A DNA stretch of 64,000 nt, from assembly GCA_003693705.1 (NCBI GenBank), contig RBZT01000198.1, positions 1-64,000 on the forward strand, given 5' to 3'. Source of the stretch: Polymyxa betae A26-41. Taxonomy: Eukaryota; Protista; Endomyxa: Phytomyxea. A model generated the notes under the pieces. It was not told where the DNA came from and made no database searches. It worked only from the letters and a program-made list of their open reading frames with translations. Position 1 is the stretch's first letter, and each line of letters starts with the position of its first letter. Of this stretch, positions 23,108-37,484 are shown piece by piece. The position numbers were made by a program, and so were the translations under genes.

Positions 23108-24125
23108 TCATGAAGGAGATGGCTTTCTTCTGGTCGGTGACAGTACCGACACAGACTGCTTTGAATGCTGAGCTTTAGGCAAGCATTTCTGCGATAATGG
23201 ATGCTCTAAAACATCCAACACCTGCTGGCAGACGTATTCAATTGCGAAAGGCTCCGCATCTTGAAAATGGTTCCTAACAGCAAAACCATCAGGTTAATCG
23301 TGGACATCTTCTGAGCTTTAACACGTACATATACCAACGAGAATCAACGCTTAGACGTTCATTAGGAGGCAGCGACATATTCATCCAAATGATCGCCATG
23401 TGGACGCAAGCGATAGCGATAGTTTCGCTAGATTCAACAGTGCAAATTGGGGATTTCAGGGAGTCGTTAGCGAATCGTCCCGCAAAGTCAATGATATTCT
23501 TGATCTGATCACCATACGATGTCACACATCTGGCGATTCTCTCGATATGTTCATGGGGACTCTGTGGACACAAGTTGAAACCGATCGCCTGCAGGACCAG
23601 GATTTCGCACGACAGCGTTCGGTCTTGGAATTCGACGAGCTGGGGCGACGTCTTCGATAGCTTCACTTTATTCCTGAGATAGAGGATAACTTCTGCAAGG
23701 TGTAGGACAGTGCAACGCTGCTCTTCGAGCTTGCCAGCTAGGCATATACAGGCTGCTATAACATGGTACTGAACGAAGACGTATTTTCAGCAATACAATT
23801 CGTTCGAAATTCGACTAATCAACCTTATCATATCTAGAGTTCATAGGGAACACCATGTAGAATGTATGCAGAAGAGTCGAAGCCGATACAAGAATGGCTC
23901 TATCGAGCTTCAGCATCTTCACCACCTGGAATAGTTTTTAATGAAAAATGCCACCGGATGCATTGATCCAACACCAACATCAGACATGAATCCAACCATA
24001 TATTGTCGTAATCGCGATTCCATCTCCATCGAGATGCCAATCTTTCGCGATGGCGAGTCCAGGATTTGTTCGCGGGAAAACCGGGGCGGTATTCCACGCT
24101 TAACCGCCTGGCGACGACTGGCCAT
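23108..24125 (-). CDS. Cyclin T/K-family transcriptional cyclin, multi-exon
   Basis: FSREQILDSPSRKIGIS...ESRLR, AACICLAGKLEE, EILVLQAIGFNL, FANDSL. Confidence 0.85.
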
Positions 24126-25439
24126 GGTGGCGATCTGGACGGCCTTACGCCGTCTCTACCAGGTCGATTGTGGCCAAAATGATCCAGAACGGGCACGTGT
24201 TTGGCAGGCCCAGGCCTACCCCAACCGACCCGGCAATGTCAACTGCGTGAAAGCAAATGGACGTTTGAAGGTCAGAATAGGCAGGCCAAGACCCAGCGTA
24301 CTGTTCGATGCAATCGATGTCGTATGTACGGCTGAGCAGATAGAAATTGGATGTCCACTATGACCGAACTATCACCAGGTGAGATTGTCGTTTGAAACAG
24401 GACGGCATTTCTGTTGGCGATAAAACTGCTTGGAACTCGAAATCTGGGACAGTTTTCTTGCAGTTCTATTGTGTTGGTGATTTAACGGAAATGGTCTATC
24501 AAAAAGCTGCAAAACGTCTTCATTGACAGATAATTGTGATATGCAGTATGCGCCAATATATCTGCTATTTCCCCTTTCTTGTAATGAGTTTTATCTGCAC
24601 TCCTTGTCTCTTGATATCCGCCGACTGTCCAATGGCAATTAACCTCATCGCCTGCAGTGAAATTCTAATTGGATATTGATGAGATTTGATTGAATGATGC
24701 CGTCGGATTTTAGAGATCGGCAATAAAGCTCTGCAATCGACAAAACTGTTCAGGGTTAAACGAACCGGTTATCGGCGTATCTTTTGGACGCTCGTTGGTT
24801 TCCATTTTTCCTTACTTTTTAGGGGCAGAAAGCTCCATCAGTTCAGCGAATCGTGATCTTTACCAAAATTCACTAAAAACGGCAATGGCAATACTCGTGC
24901 TCAACCAATGCATCCGATTATAGAGAACTTCTCCATTGGAAGGGCTGTTTCGATTATACGACATTCATTCACCAAAGTCTAAAGGTATCGAGAGTGGTCA
25001 GAAAACACCAATGACCGCTGGGCTACGAATCGACTCAGATATGTTCTGGCGACACCATAGCTGTAGCAATCGCAATGAATAGACATAATGTATAATAACA
25101 ACACCAATCGACTTGATAGTTGTCACCGGAAAATCGCTCTACACCTGAAAGCCAGCTAAACTCGAACTTCTGCCAATATTTTTCACAAATACAACCTGAT
25201 GTTATCGGAGGATGTTTCCAAGATATCCTCTCTAAAAAGCCATTTCGAAAACCTGGATTCCGATATGAGAAATCTCGTACTTAGCCGTCGTAAAGCGAAT
25301 TGATTTACTGCGAGGATTTAGGTTATCCGTTTGTTAGAAGCCCGACTGTAGATCAAACCCTTGAGCCTTGTCATAGTCTAATTGTCTATCTGGTACCAGC
25401 TTCAGCCATCATATCAGCATATCTCGACTAGTGGAAATC

Positions 25440-26639
25440 ATGACCCTCGAACGCAATGCTGCTAACGGACCCGTCGTTCTGGTATGGTATCCCTGTCGTT
25501 ATTTGGATTCTCTCACTGATCGATGCTGGCAGGGAATGGGAAACCCTCTTCTCGACATTTCTGCCAACGTGCCCCAATCTCTTCTTGACAAATACGAGCT
25601 GAAGCTGAACGACGCGATCCTCGCCGCCGAAAAGCACCTGCCGATCTACCAAGAGCTGACGACCTCGTTCCCTGTCGACTATATCGCCGGCGGAGCCACC
25701 CAGAACGCCATTCGAATTTGCCAATGGATGATGCAGAAGCCGAATGCCACAGCCTACATCGGATCGGTTGGTGACGACGAGTTCGGCAAGATCCTGGCCG
25801 AGCGAGCCCGCTCTGAAGGGGTCGCCGTCCATTACCACGTTGAGAAAGACGTTCCAACCGGGACATGCGCCGTTCTGGTTCACGACCACGAACGAAGTCT
25901 GGTTGCAAATCTGGCTGCTGCCAACTGCTACAAGCACGAACACCTGCTTCAATCGGATATAGAAGCGGTTTGGAGCCAGGCTAAGATTTTCTATATTGCA
26001 GGATTCTTCCTAACGGTGTCACCCGTGTCCATCATGCATCTTGCCAAGTTTGCGGCTGCCAATGGCAGAACGTTCGTGATGAATTTGGCGGCTCCTTTCA
26101 TCTCCGAGTTCTTCAATGGGCCCTTGTCGGAGGCGCTTCCGTACTGCGATATCGTTATCGGCAATGGTCTGTCTGCGTACTATTGATCATCAACAAGTGT
26201 ATCTGAAGCGATTGGATAGAGAATGAATCGGCCGCCTATGCGAAGGTATTCAATCTGGAAGATAAGACCCCGGAAGGTGTCGCGGCCGCCATCGCCGCCC
26301 TGCCTTTGCAATCGCCAAAACAGAAGCAGCGTATTGTCATCATTACACAAGGTTCGTCTGTCAATCTTTTCGAAACACGTTGCATAATGTTTTGCAGGCG
26401 CTCATCCTACAATCGTCTACCAGAATGGTGCAATCACAAAGTATCCTGTCCCGGTAGTCCCCGAGAAGGAATTAGTCGATCTGAACGGTGCTGGAGACGC
26501 ATTCGTTGGTGGCTTGCTTGCCTACTTAGCAGAAGGCAAGCCCTTAGATCAAGCCATTGAAGCAGGACATTACTGTGCCGGTGTTGTAATTCGACGATCT
26601 GGATGCACTGTTCAAGGCAAACCCAATTTTAAAGCCTAA
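25440..26639 (+). CDS. ADK: Adenosine kinase (PfkB family), 4 exons
   Basis: GMGNPLLDISA, AGGATQN, PTGTCAVL, ERSLVANLAAAN, DLNGAGDAFVGG. Confidence 0.95.
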
Positions 26640-26669
26640 TCATTAAAAATTGTCCAATGTTATATTCAC

Positions 26670-29020
26670 TTAGTTTGCAATCCGCAATATCGCTGGATGG
26701 AAATGTTTCGACGTCGTATTCCTTAACAGAACGACCCTTGGAGAGTTACTGTAAAACCAAATCAGATAGCTGCACATCAAGGCAAACTAATTCGTCTCAC
26801 TTTTGTTGCTTCTGCAGAACAGTTACAGACGCGAAACCATACCCGATACCAGACCCAGCAGAGAACAGAAAGCCTCCAGCATTTATAATGGCAATAATCG
26901 GTCGGTCCGATCCAATTTCTGACAGGTCAAGACCAGACCATTTGTTGGCTTCGATGGACTTCCGATCGTCATCAGTCGACTTATAGACCAACGCGTTATC
27001 TTTGGGGACGCCACCCCATCGCATTTCAACACAAACACGAACCAATGTCTTCGGTATGCAAAACCTAGACACCTTTAGCAGAAGCTTCACGTTCAGCTCG
27101 TTTACAAACTGATCAGGTATTTTGCAGAAGTCGATCCATTCTCGAACGACCTGAATACCGGAATGGACTGAGCCTGTCTCAACGATGTCCAATTCGGTGA
27201 CTTCCTCCGAACTGATGTTCGGTTTCGAGCAATCCACAATCTGAGACCAATCCGGCAAGAATGGACTCGTAATCGCATTCGCCTCGAAGTTCACACGTTT
27301 GGCTTTCGGTGTGCGAGCATGCTTCTCAGCTTGAAGTTTGGCTTTGTAAGTAGATTGTGCAGAACAGGCAATAGTATCGGGATAATCCTCTGGGAAATGT
27401 AGAGCTCCTTCCTCCAGATATATATTCCGCCTATCATCCAATCCAATAGCACGACAGCCCTAAGAACACCTCTGAAAATTACAATGCTGGTGCATCAGAG
27501 AACGTACTGCGAAAATGATCGATTTCCAGAAGGCCAAAGCCCATCCTTTTGGTACGACCAAATCCCAGCCCGACATTTTGTATGATGATGTATTGGATAG
27601 TTGCCGCTGAATAAGAAGAACAGGAACATCGACCTCAGCGGTATCTGAAACCAGTAAAAATCAAATCTATAGACTGCATGATGAGATTGCCTACTTGATA
27701 ACGAGGAGGTCGCTTGATCTCTGCCCAGTTCAGTCCATAGACTGCTGGTAGAAAGCTCGGCTGGCCAGTCGGAGATGAATTCTTCAAGGCATGGCTCGTC
27801 CAAACGAATGCGATTATCGTTGCTATCCGGATAGGAAACCTTAATATGTTGAGCTGTAGAGAAAGATCGCGGATCAATAACTTGAAGACCGAGACAGACA
27901 CCACGAGGAAGTGCTGCTTGAGAACGAATCGATGATAGAATGTTCCACATCTGTTTCAATTGAGATTTGTCATATTCGTGTAATCAAAAGTATACCTTCG
28001 TTTTCATTTCAGAGCAAGAAGTTGCAGGACGCAGACAGTTACTTAGAATTGATTGACAGCGAGAGCCCAACAGCTCGAATTTCACCAAATCAACAAGCTT
28101 AACAGCCACGATTCCGTTTAACTCGAAGCATTCGGTGATGAGATTGGAAATGTATTGAGAGATTGCAGGATGGATCCAGATCCACAACGAACGATTGTTG
28201 CTTGAGTTATCAGATGGCGGATTCCATAATAAACTACATGGACCGATGGCTCCAGATGGGAACTCGCCCTTCTCATACAGCATCACAGTTCGGCACCGAT
28301 ATTCATCAGCAAACGTTGTAAAGTGTTTTGGTAGAAACGGCTTCAGATGCGATATAATAACATCGACTGGACCATCGAGCTGCAAGCAGCTATAGGATGA
28401 AGCGTCGTAAAGCGTAGCAAAATGCTGAGCTGCTTTATAAGTAGCACGCTGACCTGTTTACAATTGAGCATCTCTTAACATGGAATTCAAATAGATGACC
28501 TTTATCTGTTGGACGAACAGCTAGACGATATCTCCATATATTGTCCATATGCATTCGCTTGGCATGCCACAGATGGGTTTCCAGCCAGACGTGTTGTCGT
28601 GATCGTCGCTCATGATCCTGCATCATACGGGATGGACGACGACGTTCGCGGCGCTTGGGCTTGTTTGCAGGCTTCATGGCCTGCTGTTCCATTTCACTTT
28701 TAGCACGAGCTCGTAATCGAGCTGGTAAGCGGTAGACATTATGAGAACTTGCACGACGTCGCAGATGTCGAGGCAGGTCTTGTGCTGCACGTTTGTTGCC
28801 GCCTACTTTATTCTCAAGGGCAGATTTTAGAATGGAGATCTCCCGTAACCGTGCCTGAGCAAATTCTTCAACGGCGATCGTCTGCATTGGCATCCATCAG
28901 TTTTCAATCGTGATAGATAATGGAAAGGGCGACCCTGGGAAGTGACTGTGCCTGAACCGACGCAGCATCTCGATCTAGCTGATGGCTGACCAAATGCTTC
29001 CGACGTTCTTTGCGATTCAT
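26670..29020 (-). CDS. POP1: RNase P/MRP subunit POP1, multi-exon
   Basis: FAQARLREI, LPRHLRRRASSHN, WLETHLWHAKRMHM, LWIWIHP, FPEDYPD, TPKAKRVNF. Confidence 0.92.
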
Positions 29021-29536
29021 GGCAGTGATGCGTCCCTGCCGGAAATGGAATAAAGAGTTCAGCTAAAAAGAAGCGCGGCGCACATTAGGAAGAATAAAGA
29101 GAAATTCCGATTTAGAATGCAATATTGCATCACTTGATTCCATAACCATTCCATTGCTGGATGTGATTAGAAATCTGATTCCTAGTATAAGAGTATAGGA
29201 GATCATCTATAGAGATCCCTTTCCTACTGTCATATAAATGAGATTGAACCAGAAATGTCATTGAACATGTTCCAGATCTGGTTGCAGCTATGAGTAAGCT
29301 ATACTTGTCATGAGATCTGCCATTACACGTTCAAGCAGTTTGTACGCTGCTTTATTACCAGTTTATTTCATCCTGTATGCACTTCCTATACGGCCCTGAT
29401 TGTGTTGACAACTTATCACTGAACAATCTATATTAGACCATGTTGGATTAGTGATGATATTGAAGCGATCGTACTGTATCGGGTTTTGGTCCAGACCATA
29501 ATCAGTCCAGATAAGAACGGAACCCTTCCCCCAAAG

Positions 29537-31944
29537 ATGACAGATCCAGGAAGTCAAACGGAACAGACGATTGAAGTTTATTGTCGTATTCGCCCAGCAA
29601 AACGACAAAGCCGTATGTATGCCATCGATAACGAATCCAAGCAAAATGTCACATTCACTGTACCTCACGACCTGAACGCCGGCTTCATTAACAATCAACG
29701 CGAGACGTTCCAATTCCCCTTCGAGCGCGTCTTCGACCAAGATACGAAACAGGACCAGGTCTTCGACAAGATCGCAGCCAAAGTCATCAACAACGTCATC
29801 GATGGATATAATGGAACGGTCTTCGCTTATGGACAGACAGGATCTGGGAAGACATTCACAATTACAGGCGGTGCCGAGCATTATTCGGATCGCGGTCTGA
29901 TTCCCCGATCTATCAGCTATCTATTCGATTATATCGATAAACATCGTCATGAGGCCACCTTCACCGTTCTGGTATCGTATCTGGAGATTTATAACAATTG
30001 CGGCTATGATCTCCTCTCGCCTGATCACGACAGTAAAAGTAAATATCGAATGAACAAAAAGAGTTTGGATTAAGCAGAATTTCAGAGCTCGAGGATCTAC
30101 CGAAGATTACATGGACCGATGAAGATAGTGACGATGAAGGCGAGGAACGATTAAGCAGGTTGAAGCGGTACCCGGCAGCTACCACTGAAGATGCTCTTAA
30201 CTTACTATTTGTTGGTGATACGAATCGAGTCATCTGTGAGACCCCAATGAATGATGCATCCTCGCGATCACATTGTATTTTCATGCTGACGTTGGAATCG
30301 CGATCCAAGACCAGCGATATGATTCGTCGGTCTCGACTAAATCTCGTCGATCTAGCTGGGAGCGAACGTGTCGCCAAGACGCAAGTCTCAGGTCGGATCT
30401 TGACCGAAGCTCGAGCCATTAACTTGTCTTTGCATTATCTCGAGCAATGTATTGTTGCATTACATGAGAAGGTTTGGGTTCAAGGCGACCTCTTATAGAG
30501 AGCATTGGTTAACATTGGATCTGTACAGGCACAAGGCAAACGTGTTCATATTCCATATAGGAACTCAATGATTACGTGGGTATTGAAGGACAGTCTCGGT
30601 GGCAATTGCAAGACTGTCATGATCGCCAATATTAGTGTTGATCATCAGAATATTGTTGAATCCATATCAACATGTAGATTTGCTCAGCGAGTTGCCATGA
30701 TTGTTAACCGAGCTACCGTTAACGAGCATATTGATCCAGCACTCGTCATTGAACGTCTACAACGACGAATTCAAGAACTGCAGGATCAACTTGCCCGTGA
30801 GTTTTCGGAACGTTTTCCAGCGGTGCACGAACTAATGATAACGTCAGAAAGGTGCAGCTGCCAGGGCGAAGGGCAACAGCAAAATGAGCCTATTACGCCC
30901 GAGATCAAATCGTTAGTCGAGGACAAAATCGGAAGATTCCTCAGTTCCGATGATGACCAAGAGAGCGACGTCCTGGCGCTTTGGTCGCGATCTAAAATCT
31001 CATATGGATTCGTCCATTTAAAGTATCTGTATGGACACCGTCCTGAAAGGTTCGAGCATATCAATTCAATCATTAAGGGAACTTCTGAAGCCAATCTTAG
31101 AAAATCTATCGAAACCGACGATGGTACAATTCGCAATCTGAAATCGATGGTGGAATCACGTGATAACGAGATCGCTATTCTGGTGAATATGTTAAAAGCT
31201 CGAGGAATCCCAAAACGGCCCACTCATAATGCCGATAAAGTCGATACAGCTCTAGCAGCGGCCGGAGCTAAACTTCCTCCAGATCAAACCAATGATCTGG
31301 TGGAACGAGACCGGGCCCTGGAACTGTTTCGTCAAGGGCATTCATTGAACGTAAAGAGTATTCAAGCGTATCAATGAAAGGAATGACATCGTTCGAACAG
31401 ATAAAAATTCAGAAAGGGATTGAAGAGCTGCGAATCAAGTTCAGCGAGGCGAAGTCGCTTGGCGAACGGGTGGCGATCCTCATGAAAGAGATCGATCGAA
31501 CCAAAGCTGTGTTGCAAAAGCGAAAACTAGCGCAAGCTGTGAAGCAGATCTCTGATAGTGATCATCGAACAGAAATCGATGATAGCGAGATCATGGCGCT
31601 AACTGATAAGATGAACTCTGATAAGAGTGAATATAATGATGCCGTCACATCTTTAAAGAAACTCAAGCTGGAAATCGAACATATGCAGAGATTCTTGAAC
31701 AGTTCAAGGGCAAAACTGCAGTCAGAATTCGAAAGAAAGTAAGTCTTGAACGTAATTATTTAATTATTAAGAACTTCAATCTGATATAATCATGAAAAGT
31801 TGGGAAGAGAAAAAGAGACGGCAACAAGGCATGCAATTCAATATGGACCATAAAATCCCTACCCGTATCGGCGATAGCAGTGTCGATGCCGATATCAATG
31901 CATTTTATGAAATGAGCAGACAAGTAAAGAGAAATATAACTTAA
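29537..31944 (+). CDS. KIF6: Kinesin-9 family motor, KIF6-like, multi-exon
   Basis: YGQTGSGKTFTITGG, NDASSRSHC, LVDLAGSER, INLSLHYLEQCIVAL; C-terminal GDSSVDADINAFY motif typical of KIF6. Confidence 0.88.
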
Positions 31945-32187
31945 AATGAGCCTGGATTCAAAATCCAATCGACACATCAGAGGCCAAGCCATCCATCAGC
32001 AAGCTTGCAAATGGATTTCTGGTACTCTGTACTGTAACATAGTAGATTTTTTTCGGAAATTTTGAGTTTATGGGGTTTTGGAAGATTGCGTGAGCGCAGC
32101 CTGTTGGAGAGGCACCAACATTTTAATCTGGCCGCCCTGGACACTCTCATTTCTATCATTCGTATTGTTTAACTTGGCCGCCCGACC

Positions 32188-32742
32188 ATGTTTCGAGGTC
32201 CACCTCCTGATCTTGCTCGCTTTCATAGCGTTTTAGTAAACAACCTCACCGAGGGAACTACGTACGAACCCGCCCAGACCTGACTCAACTCGCGCTGATT
32301 TTGCAACTCTGGCAGGCCTGAAGATTTGAATGATCTTTTCAAGGCTTATGGAGAAATAGGCGACGTCTATGTCCCGAGAGAGCGTGGTGGACATGGTTAT
32401 AAGAATTTCGGATTTGTCAGGTATCTTTCGAAAGAATCAGCCGATAATGCTCTGGCCGCTGATGGTACCGAGTTGCTTGGCAACAAGATCGGTGTTCAAG
32501 AAGCCAAATATGGCCGACGTGACCGTGAGAGGCGCGATTCTGGTTACGGCCGAGGGTATGGCAGAGATAGGGAGTACGACCGTGAGTATCCTCGCGATTA
32601 TGATCGAGGTCGATACGATGACCGACGATATGAGCGTGATTATTATGATGATCGCCGCGACCGTGATTACCGACGTCGCTCTTACAGCCGCTCGCCGCCG
32701 CGCCATCGATCTCGTTCACCCCCCAGCCGTTATCAAGAGTAA
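32188..32742 (+). CDS. SR splicing factor SC35/SRSF2-like (RRM + RD/RS tail); intron 32262-32315
   Basis: GPPPDLARFHSVLVNNL, GDVYVPRER...NFGFVRY, QEAKYGR, RSYSRSPPRHRSRSP. Confidence 0.88.
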
Positions 32743-32972
32743 ATATGTTGCAGAATTTTTACAAAGTTATCGTGGCAATACAAACTCCAGCAGCTCCAGC
32801 TAACCTGGCTTCTATGTGATCACTGACCCGTACATTTGAATGCGCTTGTTGCTTAAACGTTCATTCGACTGGCTAAGCTAATTACTGATTTCGCGCTTGC
32901 TGATTGTAAATACCCAAAAATGACCGTATTCTTCAGCATAATTGTTGCCTTATATTGCAAATTGCAAGGTCA

Positions 32973-33700
32973 TTATGCAAACGTCATCCAAATCATGACC
33001 TAAAACAGCATTAGGGGACTTTCTCTTTCATTACCACACAACGAACTCCTACCAGAAAGCAAATCGTTCCTACTAATATGTTTTTATACCTTTTTATCCT
33101 GATTTTAATGCTCATCAGGCGCGTTTTTGAACGGAAACGTTTCGTTGATGTATCTAAATTGTCTGCTTTGTCTACAAGTAGCGATATTTTCTCACCTCGA
33201 TCGACAACCGTTTCGATGTTCAGTCTCATGTTTTCGGTTACATCATCAAGTTCACGGTTCAGCGAATCAATCCTTTCATACCCGTTCGTTTCTGTGAAGT
33301 CCCTCATCATTCGCGCCAGCATTCTGTTAATTTCAGGCTGCTCCTTGTTATCGATCAGTTTCGGATAGCGAGCAATGAAAACATTCAACAATTGGTCTAG
33401 AAAGTCAAATGGAAGCCTCCTTCCTGTCTCCACTTTGGTCATGCACATGATTGCAACTCCTTCTTTTACGACCATATGGAATGAATATCTGACAAATCGT
33501 TTGTAAAGTTTGCTAAACAATAACGAGTTTTACTTCTGGTTTGTATAAGTCAATTTCCGAATCTGCTCGTGTTCTGTCTTGAAGTTCATTCCATTCAGAA
33601 TCCGGCTGGCAACATCCCGAAAGTTGCCCCGATGACCCTCTTGGATACAATCCGCTAGAATGTGGCTGCGATTGCTTATCAAAGCGTATATGATGTCCAT
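32973..33700 (-). CDS. Longin R-SNARE, VAMP7-like, 3 exons
   Basis: MDIIYALIS longin start, RRLPFDFL, R-SNARE MRLNIETVVDRGEKISLLVDKADNL, C-terminal TM segment. Confidence 0.88.
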
Positions 33701-33867
33701 GACGTATGTGAAATGATGCAGCAAGTACTCACGAGAAATGACGAGGCTATCGTCACAGTTTGAAGTGCCTGTTCGTGATTAAAATTGTTGTTTGCTTCTC
33801 ACATTTATTAATTGCATATTACTGCTGTTAGATACTTTAAATTCAGTTCATCCATAATAAAACATAT

Positions 33868-34811
33868 TTACTGTACAAGTACCGATTCACAGTAGCTTGA
33901 TCTTACTACAGGAACTGTCTGCGGCTCTGAATGAAGCCCCAATGGCAAGACACCAGTCTTCCAGATCCCACTTAGGATTATGGATATTCCTGTATATATG
34001 GCGCTTATTCCACAAGTTATGCATATGATGCTAGCAGTGAAATTAGCATTGGCATCTATTTCTCCCCAGGCCAGTAAAAACAGAGAAAGCGATTTCGAAG
34101 AGAAGATGAAAGAGTGCGCCCTTGATATTTTCAAAGCGGGGATGAATATCGCTGCCGAGAAAATGCCCCAAATGCCGAATAAACTACTAATGGCTACAGA
34201 ACTCGAAGCTTGAAAAAGCGGCAAGTCCGTTAAAGCGGATGTGAACCCTGCAAGCCGCTCATAAGCTTTTGTTGATTCAATAATGATCCATATGCTCACC
34301 TATTCCAAGCCAGAGCGATCCAAAGCAGATAAACACGGATAATACCAGCAGGCGTTCAGCAGAGGGGTTCTTGAATGCATTGAAATTGGCTTCTAATATC
34401 CCTACAGTTAACTACAAATGCATGTAAGCCCATCGAAATGCAAAGTCGTGAATGAACAACCTGTATGATGCCCCCGACAATCAAGACAGCAGCAGTCTGG
34501 CTCAGCGATCTAGATCGGTCGGGCATCATGACAATGATTCCTATCGTAATCATCATGGAACCAAGTCCAAACAAGCCTGCAGGCGGCCAGTGCGCTTTGC
34601 GACCATGTCCCGACAAATTGTTATCATTCAGCTGCAGTTGGCCAACTCTCAGTGCCTGCATTTGTGTCCCAAGTTGTAAAATCGCTTCGTTTGTCTGATT
34701 CAACTTGGCCAGAAACCGTTTCGTACAGAGATCCGTATGCGACGCTATCATGGTCGCAATCTGCTGCTGGAAATGTGGCGACATCGCCTCTAGACTTGTC
34801 AGCTTCGTCAT
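33868..34811 (-). CDS. GPR1/FUN34/YaaH (SatP-like) acetate/carboxylate transporter, divergent; N-terminus uncertain
   Basis: PPAGLFGLG...GGIIQ, SAFGSLW, WGIFS, CGISAIY...GVLPLG resemble SatP-family TM motifs. Confidence 0.6.
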
Positions 34812-35345
34812 ACCGATTTGAGACTATATTGTGAATGGCATACAAGAGTGATAGAGGAAAATTGAGACATAGGAGGATCAGTAGATATCTATCAGTGTTC
34901 CAGAATGACACCGCCATCAGAGGCCACTTCGATCTCCCCCTCTGCTGTTGGTAGGTCACCCCATGTCACCGCCCCATGGCACCAAGTCATAGCAATCAAC
35001 TTCAGCTGGAAGCTCACCCCCATGGCATTCCCCATCAAGCTCAATCCGAACTGTTCATCCATTACACTTTTTTCAACCCATTGGTTTGGCTTCAGGCGCT
35101 TATAATTAAGTAGCTCCCATCAGTTGCCGTCAGTGGAAACAATCTCTTGTCCATGCTTTTAACTGGCCATCCGCATACATAAATCATTTTCCGACCAGGA
35201 AATACGAAGGAATCGAGCCGAAGCTTTAATAAAGAACTAGAATCGAATACGTATTAATATCGCTAGAATAAACAATATTTTTAGTACTGAAGCAACTAAG
35301 TAACAAAATATTGTTCGGGATTATATCCATTGTGATCATAAGTCG

Positions 35346-37484
35346 ATGTCAATTGGACGTCTTTTGCAGTCTAGACATGTTGGTCTAGCGCTTGGAGCAG
35401 GCGGTTTAGCAGCTACCGGTGCATTCGCTGTCTCTTTGTACAACGATGAAGGGCTAAAGCGCTCCATGGTTTTTTGGTCTAAGGCCATGCCCATTTACGC
35501 CCAGTATTTTTGAACAGGGCTTCTAACGATGCAATTAACTTGCAGATAGCTACAGGTTCACCCAATTTTGGGTAGAAACCCATCCGGAAGATGTTCAGGC
35601 TGCTGCATTCATGAAGCTGCATGATCGTTATGCATCCAGCGTCGAAGAGCTCGTTCTGAACTTGCGTGGCTTTTATTTGAAGCTTGTTCAGGTAAATGTT
35701 TTCATTAGAGTTCGTTGCATCTTTCTGATTACATTCAGGTCGGTTCAAGCAGAGATGAGTTACTCCCACCTCAGTATATGTCATGGGCGAAGAAAATGCA
35801 GGGTACCGAATTATTCGCTCCTGATGCATTTGCGCGATTGCTTCTCAGGATCCGTTCCTTCGAATACGCCTTTCCAAACAATTCGACAAATAATCGAGGA
35901 AGACTTGGGTGGTAAACTGGAAGACGTCTTCAGCGAATTTCAAGTAGAACCGATAGGCGCCGCCAGTATTGGTCAAGTGCACAAAGCACGGTTAAAGGAT
36001 GGTCGAGTGGTTGCAGGTTGAACTCGTTGTCTCGGTTGGATCACGAATCTCACTTCTTTTTGCAGTGAAGGTCATGTATCCAAATATCGAAGAGAAGTTT
36101 CGCGCTGATCTGAAAACAGCCAAAGCGTAGTGCAACATTATCAGCAATATGATTGCAATTATCCATTAGGTTTAGGTTCTGCGCTTTAGCTCAGCCAGCA
36201 CATCTGCCATTTATGAACGAAGTCGAGAGACAGTTTCTCACCGAGTTCGATTACAGGCTCGAGGCACAAAATCTAGATCAGATCCGCTCGAATATATTAC
36301 CTGTTTTCAAAAAGGTTTATATACCAAAACCTTATACTGAATTATGCAGGTTATCTAATGGTTTGTTGCATCTGTCAATATTTTGAGTGAATGCAGCAAG
36401 CGGGTTTTAGTGATGGAATATTTGGATGGAGTTAAACTTGCAGATGGAGTTATGGCTCAATATGAGAGAATTGCTCACAGGCTAGGCACAACGTTAGAAG
36501 CGCTGCAAGAGGAACAGAAGAAACAGATCGAGCTGGGTATGATTGCTTTACATTTTGCTATTAAACTTATTATTGAATATGGGTTCCAGGGCACGTAAAA
36601 TCGAAAAGTTTAATTCACCAGACGCTGATGACTTCACTAACAAATGGCGTTTTACTGCTTGCGAATTACATCAGAAATTCCTGTGCTGTTGTTCTAAATA
36701 TGACAGTTGCCAAGATTGGGGTTATCAAACCAATTCCTTACACGTATGAGATTGCTTTTCATAATCATTAATCTTTATTGGCCCTACTAGGCAATTCGAG
36801 TATCTCATCAATCTTGGCTCTATTTTACGGCTTCTATTGGACGTCCATGCTCATCAAATATTTGTCGATGGTAATTACATGGTGGTTGGAAAATATCAAT
36901 CTTATAGTTGTTTCAGGTTCTTTTAATGCAGATTGTCATCCTGGAAAGTAAGTCTTAGTGACTTTGATATTCTGTGCATACGGAAAATAACCCTATTGTA
37001 GTATTTTGCTGATGAAGGATGGTCGATTGGGTCTCATCGATTATGGTCAAGTGAAGCATATTAAGACAGACACTCAAGTAAAATACGCGAAGCTTATCAA
37101 AGCTCTTGCCAAAGATAACAAAGATGAAGTTGTCCGGCGGGTGATGGAGTGTGGCGTCAAAACTAAACGAATGGATCCCGATATTCTTTACAGGTGATAC
37201 AGATATCAGCCAGAATGTTTCTGCTGAGATGATATAGGTTATGTTGCTTTTGGCATGATAGAGATACTGATGATATTACACAAGGCAAGAATATTCAGCT
37301 GTTCATAGAAGAGATGGATAGCAAAGATCCGTTAATTGATCAAGATGATGAGTTTGTGATGCTGGGAAGAGTCAATATCCTGCTTCGTGGAATGGGCAAT
37401 GCATTTCATATTCGATTGAGAGTCTCGCCGTACTGGTCCCGTTATGCCGAGGATCTTCTGCACCGAACCCGAAAATTACAGTAA
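35346..37484 (+). CDS. ABC1/UbiB (ADCK) atypical kinase, multi-exon
   Basis: LRGFYLKLVQ, EPIGAASIGQVHKARLKDGRVVAVKV, EFDYRLEAQN, FNADCHPG, LGLIDYGQVK. Confidence 0.92.

Noticed and set aside
24130-25430. 1.3-kb gap between cyclin and ADK, including ORF 23941-24363
   Set aside because: The ORF largely shadows the cyclin antisense. No motif, repeat or consistent exon chain could be supported in the remainder.
25428-25952. Long antisense ORFs (also 29363-29881, 7752-8213, 32417-32719 and others)
   Set aside because: Shadow frames of well-supported genes on the opposite strand.
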